DNA of 37,975 nucleotides from Octopus bimaculoides (lineage: Eukaryota). Numbering within the stretch: position 1 is the first letter of the stretch; each line of letters begins with the position of its first letter. The translations under genes and the position numbers were made by a program. Below, in pieces: positions 31,271 to 37,975 of the stretch. The notes beneath the pieces are model-generated. The model saw only the letters and a list, made by a program, of their open reading frames with translations. It was not told the DNA's origin and ran no database searches. The stretch is taken from assembly GCF_001194135.2 (NCBI RefSeq), contig NC_068981.1, forward strand, positions 87,557,136-87,595,110. Reading direction: 5' to 3'.

Positions 31271-31914
31271 CATGTATGGGTAAGGTTTCTTCATAATCAT
31301 GTCTTCATAATCTTTAGAAATTTTGAAAGCAATTGTTTTTATTTTCATTTGTAAGTCGGTGGGACTCAGTGATGGCAATAAGGGTATGTAGGAGGACAAT
31401 GTTCTGTACTTTACAGCTGGGTGTGATGGTACCCATTCAGTTTACAGTGCCCATTCTCCCACCTTACCAACCTCACCCTAACAGACCTTAACATATCCCC
31501 AGTTCTTAAAACCCATTTCCATCACTGGACTCAACTCAGATCAGACAGATTAACTGTTATCATATGTCATGTGTGTATATAATGTATGAGTAATGTTGCA
31601 TATGCATGCACTTACACACATATATCCAGTGCAATGCACAACATCCAGATCCATACATGCTTGTATGGGTTGAATGGAGTTTATTGAGGCAGATTTTCTA
31701 TGGCCAAATGCTTGTCCTGTTGCCAGTCCATACCTGTTTCCAAGCAAGGTAATATTTCCTCATGGTCAGACATGTTTCCACAGAATATTGGAAATGAGTG
31801 ACACTGCTTGCATGACAGTGACACTCATTTACAACTACCACACTGTGCCAAGACAATGAGACACAAGTGTACTCATACTCACAGACACACACATATATAT
31901 ATGTACATATATCC

Positions 31915-32062
31915 AATGGGCTGCTTTTAGTTTCCATCTACCAAATCCAGTCACAGGGCCTTTGGCTGGCTATAGTAGAAGACACTTGCCTAAGGTACCA
32001 TGCAGTGGGACTGAACCTTGAACCATGTGGTTGGGAAGTAAACTTCTGAACCACACAGCTGT
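31915..32062 (-). mobile_element. SINE-like family C 5' part
   Basis: Same head region as 6500-6665. Confidence 0.72.
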
Positions 32063-32129
32063 AGGCTCTCTACAATATTGCTCTTAGATTCTGTAGACGA
32101 TGCAAGCCCTCACCTCCAGGAAGGAATGA

Positions 32130-32568
32130 TCATCATCATGATACAGACACACCACACACATGGTTATACATGTGCCAGAGCAGCTGTCTGGCTTCCGTGC
32201 CAGTGGCACGTAAATAGCACCATTTGAGTGTGATTGTTACCAGCTTCACCTTCCTGGCACGTGAAAAGACATTTGAGCGAGGTCGTTGCCAGTGCCACTG
32301 GACTGGCTCCTGTGCAGGTGGCACGTAAAATACACCCATTTTGAGCGTGGCCATTGCCAGTACCACGTGACTGGCCCTCGTGCCAGTTGCACGTAAAAGC
32401 ACCCGCTACACTCTCGGAGTGGTTGGTGTTAGGAAGGGCATCCAGCTGTAGAAACTCTGCCAGATCAGATTGGAGCCTGGTGCAGCCATCCAGTTCACCA
32501 GTCCTCAGTCAAATCATCCAACCCATGCTAGCATGGAAAGCGGACGTTAAACAATGATGATGATGATG
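32130..32568 (-). mobile_element. SINE-like family A copy with an internal tandem array
   Basis: Closely matches 23540-24000. Confidence 0.82.
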
Positions 32569-33029
32569 TCTCTTCTATCATTGCTGGCTAACCTTGTGTG
32601 AAATTGTACTGAAAATGTATGGATGCCCATCATATATGTTTGTGTACAAGTGTTTATATCCTCCTAGTTGTGTTTTAACATTGTTTACACACTTACTATT
32701 TCTAAGATGATGTTAATATTTACTGATGCTTTAAAAACACATCCAGCAATCATATTTTGTTGCCCAAACAACCACTAGAATAAGTACCTTATTTGGAAAT
32801 AAGTAAAGGTTGGTGACAGGAAAGGAATCCAACCATACAGTATTATTTCAACAAAGTTTCATGTAACCTATGCCAGCATAGAATAAAGCATTTGTAAAAA
32901 CAACAAAAAACTGTATGTGTGTGTAATTTTGAAATTGACACAAATAGAGATTGTCTGTCGTGCTTTATTGTTTTGCAAAAAGGAGAAAATATATGGCAAC
33001 ATTTAGCTTCAAATACTTTTAACATTCAT

Positions 33030-33760
33030 TTCACCATGCTTGCACAGGCAGGCATATCTCCCACCAAACTGCTTGTAATCAGTCATCTCCTTTATGAGAT
33101 CGGTCTTCACAATTCTTTGTGGATCTCCTCTTCAGGTTATATCCACTTTGATGCCCCATGCTTTCCTCTACAGAGCTGATATCATATGCCCATACCAGCA
33201 CAGATATCTCTCTTGCACACTACACGGTTCATTTTATACATAATGGTTCTCTTGGCTCATCTGCATTCCTTTGTTCATGCACTTTCTAGCCTTTGCAAAC
33301 CCTCTACACTCAAGGCTGATATCTCACTACTCTTTGCATGCCCTCTACATTCAGGACCAGTGTTTCACTCCCATGCAACATTTGCAATTCATACTCAAGT
33401 ATGATACAATCTATTTTTCACTCTGAAAGAGAAACTCTTTGTAGCCTGTATAATTAAGAGTTTCTAACTTTTTTTCAACCTGTTCTTACTCTAGCTCCTA
33501 TACTCTCAAAATACCCCTGCTGCTAATTAGATTGAGAGTATCTTATTTCCCATGTGCTCTTATACTTATTGTCCCTGTACATCTGTCACATATGAAGTCT
33601 ATCTTTTCATTGATTCCACTATGCCTCATGTATCCAGTCTTTACACTGGGTACACTGTATAGAATTTCTACCTAATCCTTTTCTGCTTATTGAGCATGAC
33701 TATTTCCCTATCAAGGCAATGTTTTCTTTTCTACTTACTAATACTTTATAGTTATTATAT
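33030..33760 (-). mobile_element. Highly degraded RTE LINE 3' region
   Basis: Minus-strand remnant GRDPQRIVKTDLIKEMT resembles the RTE C-terminus. Many stops. Confidence 0.45.
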
Positions 33761-34526
33761 TAATAAAATGATTTTTTAACTTAATATTTTCAGTTTTGTT
33801 TTGGTCTATGAAAGGAAATTTTATTTGGTTTACCTTAATATGAATAACATTCAGTAAAACATGATTAAATATACTCAAATGAACTGATTATTTTGCTATT
33901 GAGAAAAACTTGACAGTCTAAACAATATGTAAGCTTTGTCTCCAACAGCAAATCATAAACTACAGCTCAAATAAAACAATGATCTTGACATCCTAGTAAA
34001 CAGAAATATTAACTCAATAATATAATCATATAGATAATGAGGTTATCATATTTATTCATTTGTAATACAAATTTTTCCCCTATATTTTTAAACCTAAAAA
34101 TTAATGCTGTGCATTATACAGAACTACATGTTATTTTGGGGCTACACATACATGATCATATTCAAGATGGCACAAGTTACCCTGTTGTCCAAATGAAAAG
34201 TTTAAATCATTAGAGTAATGTTACAGTTTTCAATGATAGTGATAATACATTAAATGTTCATATTTTGCAAGTTTATCCATAAGGGTGTTTACCATCCTAC
34301 TAACACATTGGAATGATGATGATCATCATCATCATTTAACATTGAAAATGTAAAACCAAAGTGGAGACCTCAAAATGAGCTCTAGTTATAAAGGAATAGA
34401 GAAAAATAAGTATTTAAGAGCTGATCTGTGAAATGGAGCAGAAGCAAATGCATTGGTAAGCCTTAGGCAGAGGTAGTTTTTAGCTTGCAGTTTAGGATTG
34501 ATTATTGTAGTTTGATTAGAAATAAA

Positions 34527-34755
34527 TTAACTCTTTCGTATTCAGGTAACTCTGTCAAATGCAATGCTTATTTATTCACATTATTTTCAATAAATCATGC
34601 GTTATCTTGTAGCCTTGAGATTTCATTAGTATGACTGCTTGTGTTTAGAATGACATTGTAGGACAAGTATATGAGACTGGATTTCGCCTGTTTGAATATA
34701 AAACAGGCAGAATATTTGGGCCTGATATGGCCAATTTAAATACTAAAAGGTTCAA
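34527..34755 (-). mobile_element. Third, older copy of the piggyBac-type MITE
   Basis: Degenerate ends ttaactctttcgtatt and aatactaaaaggttc. Internal sequence is the reverse complement of 30249-30466. Confidence 0.6.
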
Positions 34756-35324
34756 AAAGAATGTCTTGTCTAGTATTTTAGTGAGTGAATCTTTACCAGT
34801 TAATCAGCTGGCTTTTTCTCTTTTGTATGTAGTCTAAGAGGTTTGTGTTGTCACAATGCCATCCCAAATATGTGAAGAATAATGTAAATCACATTTATAC
34901 TTTAGACCAGACTCTGTTGGAATTTTGTGGTCCTAATAAAAGAAACCTAGCAATGTTATAATATGTGATCACTATGAAAGATCATCAGAGACTTATTTGC
35001 AATGTTGGAAGGTTTTAGGTCTGTATTGCTCCCAAGTTGGGAAAATTTCATGTTGCAAGATTAATTCTTTGACATGTGTAAAGATTGTGTTGAAGTAGAC
35101 TAGGTTGTCATGAATGCTTTGGAGGATATTTTCTATGTGTTGTGCAGAAGATGAAAAGTTAAACACCATCTACAAATGTTAGAAGTATCAGTAAGAAGAT
35201 CGATAAATTGCTAAAGAAAGCATATAAGAGATACCTAACAAAACCAGGAGTCACACTAAACTTAGTAAAATGTGGGAGAGAGAAAGAGAGAGATAGACTT
35301 ACTGTAAAATATTTGTTTCCAATT

Positions 35325-35530
35325 TTGGCACAATGCCAGCAATTTCAGGGGAGTGGGTAAGTAACTTACACTGACCCCAGAATTCAACTCATACTTATTT
35401 TATCAACCCCAAAAGGAAGAAAGGCAAAGTCAGTGGAATTTGAACTTTGAACTAAGAACATAAGGATGGATGACATGCCACTAAGCATTTAGCCCAGTAT
35501 GCTAACAATCCTACCAGCTTGCTGCCTTCT
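35325..35530 (+). mobile_element. Interspersed repeat family D copy
   Basis: tttccaattttggcacaatgccagcaatt...acttattttatcaaccccaaaaggaagaaaggcaaagtc. Confidence 0.65.
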
Positions 35531-35544
35531 TGTCATTAAATATT

Positions 35545-35828
35545 ACAATGGAGTGATCTATGAGACAGACACTTCCAATCCAAGAGAAGAGGCATGGATA
35601 TGACAAGGCTGACCCTTTGAATTACAGGTACAACAGAAACAGGAAGAAAGAGTGAGAGAAAGTTGTAGTGGAAGAGTACAGCAGGGTTCGCCACCATCCC
35701 CTGCCGGAGCCTCGTGGAGATTTACGTGTTTTCGCTCAATAAACACTCACAACGCCTGGTCTGGGAATCGAAACCGCGATCCTATGACCGCAAGTCCGCT
35801 GCCCTAACCACTGGGCCATTGCGCCTCC
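35545..35828 (-). mobile_element. tRNA-derived SINE (family B), 3'-truncated copy
   Basis: Reverse complement of the 5' part of 17323-17687. Confidence 0.85.
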
Positions 35829-37208
35829 ACACTGCCAAGAGTAATCACCAAAGAATTGACATAGCTTTGAGAAATATCAGACTGGAAGGTTGGTAGGATG
35901 ATGGGTAGTGAGTTACTTTAATCAATTGGTTCACTGAGAGCAGAAAACATGATGGTATAAAAATGGAACAAAGAAAACTGCATATTTTTGAAGAAAACTT
36001 GAAATTGTAAAAAGGAATTGATGGAACTAACCTTAAATTATAATTACTGGGAGGAAAGCCTCACAGTTTTATGTAGTCAACTGCAGCATGTGAAAGCTGA
36101 TGGTGATATAAATAAAAAATAAAAAAATTTGTTTCCTGTATGATAATTTTATTAAAAAGATATTAAAAACAATCATAATAAAAATTAAATACTGAACTGA
36201 AGTTTAGGGATTTCTTTTCAAAACAGAATTGATACAATTCAAAGATTTTGTGAATATTGACAGCTGTTCTCTGGAGAAATGTAAATAACAGAAAAATGAT
36301 CATTCTTAAAAGTATTTATAATTTCTATAATTAGGAACCATTAACTGGATACAGTTATTAATATACAATTAAAACAGCATACCAATTTCCAGACTTTTTA
36401 TATTTAATATCATAATGGGTTAATTTTTAGAAATACTTCATTATCTCAAAGCATCACTAAATTAAAGCTAAATATATATATGAATATGTGTACACGTTTT
36501 CAAAATGCTTTTACATTATGAATTGAAATTCAACACAACTTAGTGCAAACATATGTCTATAAGTAATTCTAGATATCAGTAGAAAATAAGCAATTATTCG
36601 CTTTAAAATCTTACATAAATATTAAGAATATTTATGTATAAGGAATGAGAAGAAAAAAAAAGGACTAATATTTCAAGTTCACCATGTTGCACACTTACAT
36701 GGCTTCTGAAGGAAACTGCTATCTAATATAGAGTGATAGGATAAAAGGGTGTGGTTCCTAATAAACCTCTCCAGGCTATTTCATTTAGACACAAAGCTAG
36801 AAACTTTAAGGATAAGAAATATAAGAAATGTTCACCTCTTTTTCAAACACAAGCAATACAAGTGAAATAAAAACAATATTATTTTTAGGAAATATTTCTG
36901 TTGAACACTTTCAAAAGATGTATCAATTCTTGTTAAGTACTTAATTAAGGAATCTTAAGCAAGTACTGGTGAGTACCTTGCACAAAAACAACACAACTTC
37001 TGCAGTAGATACAAGCTAACACTCTGCGAAGCAGGAGTACAGTACCATAGCAATTAAGGTGGTGAACTCTTCAAGAAATATTGCTTTAACTAACTAGGAA
37101 GTTAACACAAATATTCTTAAAATTTATTCCCCAAAAATATTAATTTAAACATGTATATTAAAAAAAAAAACACTGGCAAGATTGCTGAGAGCAAATACAC
37201 TTTATAGT

Positions 37209-37278
37209 TCAAAAGCTGGGAATTTTGCTTTCGAAGGGTCCATCATATCGACTAAAAAGTAAATAGTTCCTGCCATCC
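37209..37278 (-). CDS. Candidate terminal coding exon of a convergent gene lying beyond the window (DGRNYLLFSRYDGPFESKIPSF*)
   Basis: Good acceptor atttttaatttctttcAG (37279) followed by a protein-like 22-codon frame and TGA. Identity not recognised. Confidence 0.5.
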
Positions 37279-37376
37279 CTGAAAGAAATTAAAAATATTA
37301 TGTGAATCACTTGAAACTTATACATTAGAAATGAATGAAATATAATAAAACATAATTGTATATGTATAATATATAA

Positions 37377-37408
<32 letters not shown>

Positions 37409-37544
37409 ATGTAACATATGGTATAATTATAAACGGCAAATTTTAGCCATTTCTTCACAGACTGAAAAAAATGAACAACTTTAATCAATTTTTGAAGCCT
37501 ATTGGGTTCTCATCAGAGGTGTCCACATCATTTTGACAATCTCC

Positions 37545-37737
37545 AAAGATATATATATATATAATATAGTATGGAAGGCAGACGTTAAACAATAATGATG
37601 AGGAGGGTGATATATATATATATAATATAGCATGGAAGGCAGACGTTAAGCGATGACGATATACACAAATATATATATATAGCATGGAAGGTGGAAGTTA
37701 AACAATAATGATGATGGATATATATATATATATATAT
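37545..37737 (-). repeat. Three tandem copies of the family A SINE head separated by (TA)n
   Basis: tagcatggaaggcagacgttaa.c.at.atga units starting near 37567, 37628 and 37680. Confidence 0.75.
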
Positions 37738-37738
37738 A

Positions 37739-37975
37739 CTAGCAGAGATACCCGGCGTTGCCCGTGTTGCATGCAATTGAAGGATGAGACTTTTCTCTTA
37801 TATTTCCTGTAAGGAACTGGAATAGATATGATTCGAATTTCATCAAAATTGCACATGAGGGTTCTTTCCCTCTTTACACACCCTAAAAAAATTCTAATCA
37901 TGAGATATGTATGCCATACTATTAATCTTTATGCACATATTCCAAAATTTCAGTCTTCTGGAACCTGTAAAAAGG
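37739..37975 (-). mobile_element. Helitron-like 3' terminus
   Basis: Minus strand ends in CTAG followed by T, preceded by a GC-rich imperfect hairpin (plus strand CCCGGCGTTGCCCG, 37751-37764), and sits in a (TA)n tract. Confidence 0.65.

Overview
AT-rich eukaryotic genomic DNA with three assembly gaps (4407-4425, 7523-8003, 14291-14917). The dense (TA)n/(CA)n microsatellites and repeat families look like an octopod cephalopod (inference from recalled Octopus repeats, not a search). The only protein-coding gene I can identify is COQ10 (+ strand, five coding exons 23377-29858, 211 aa when spliced, with one GC-AG intron). There is weaker evidence for an uncharacterised minus-strand gene (candidate exons near 13.1 kb, 12.9 kb and 4.9 kb, probably divergent from COQ10 at about 17.1-17.8 kb) and for the terminal exon of a convergent gene at 37209-37278. 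The rest is transposon-derived: a young compact Gypsy-type LTR element (13226-15509; ATTC target-site duplication; tRNA-Trp primer-binding site), a full-length dead mariner inside a COQ10 intron, mariner/Tigger/RTE/Penelope relics, piggyBac-type MITEs, a Helitron 3' end and several SINE-like families. The most unusual signals are tRNA-Trp complementarity extending well past the normal 18-nt PBS in the LTR element, two long hairpins sharing an upstream motif at 4.06-4.41 kb, and hammerhead-ribozyme-like folds in Penelope-type remnants. No CRISPR, rRNA or genuine tRNA gene is supported.
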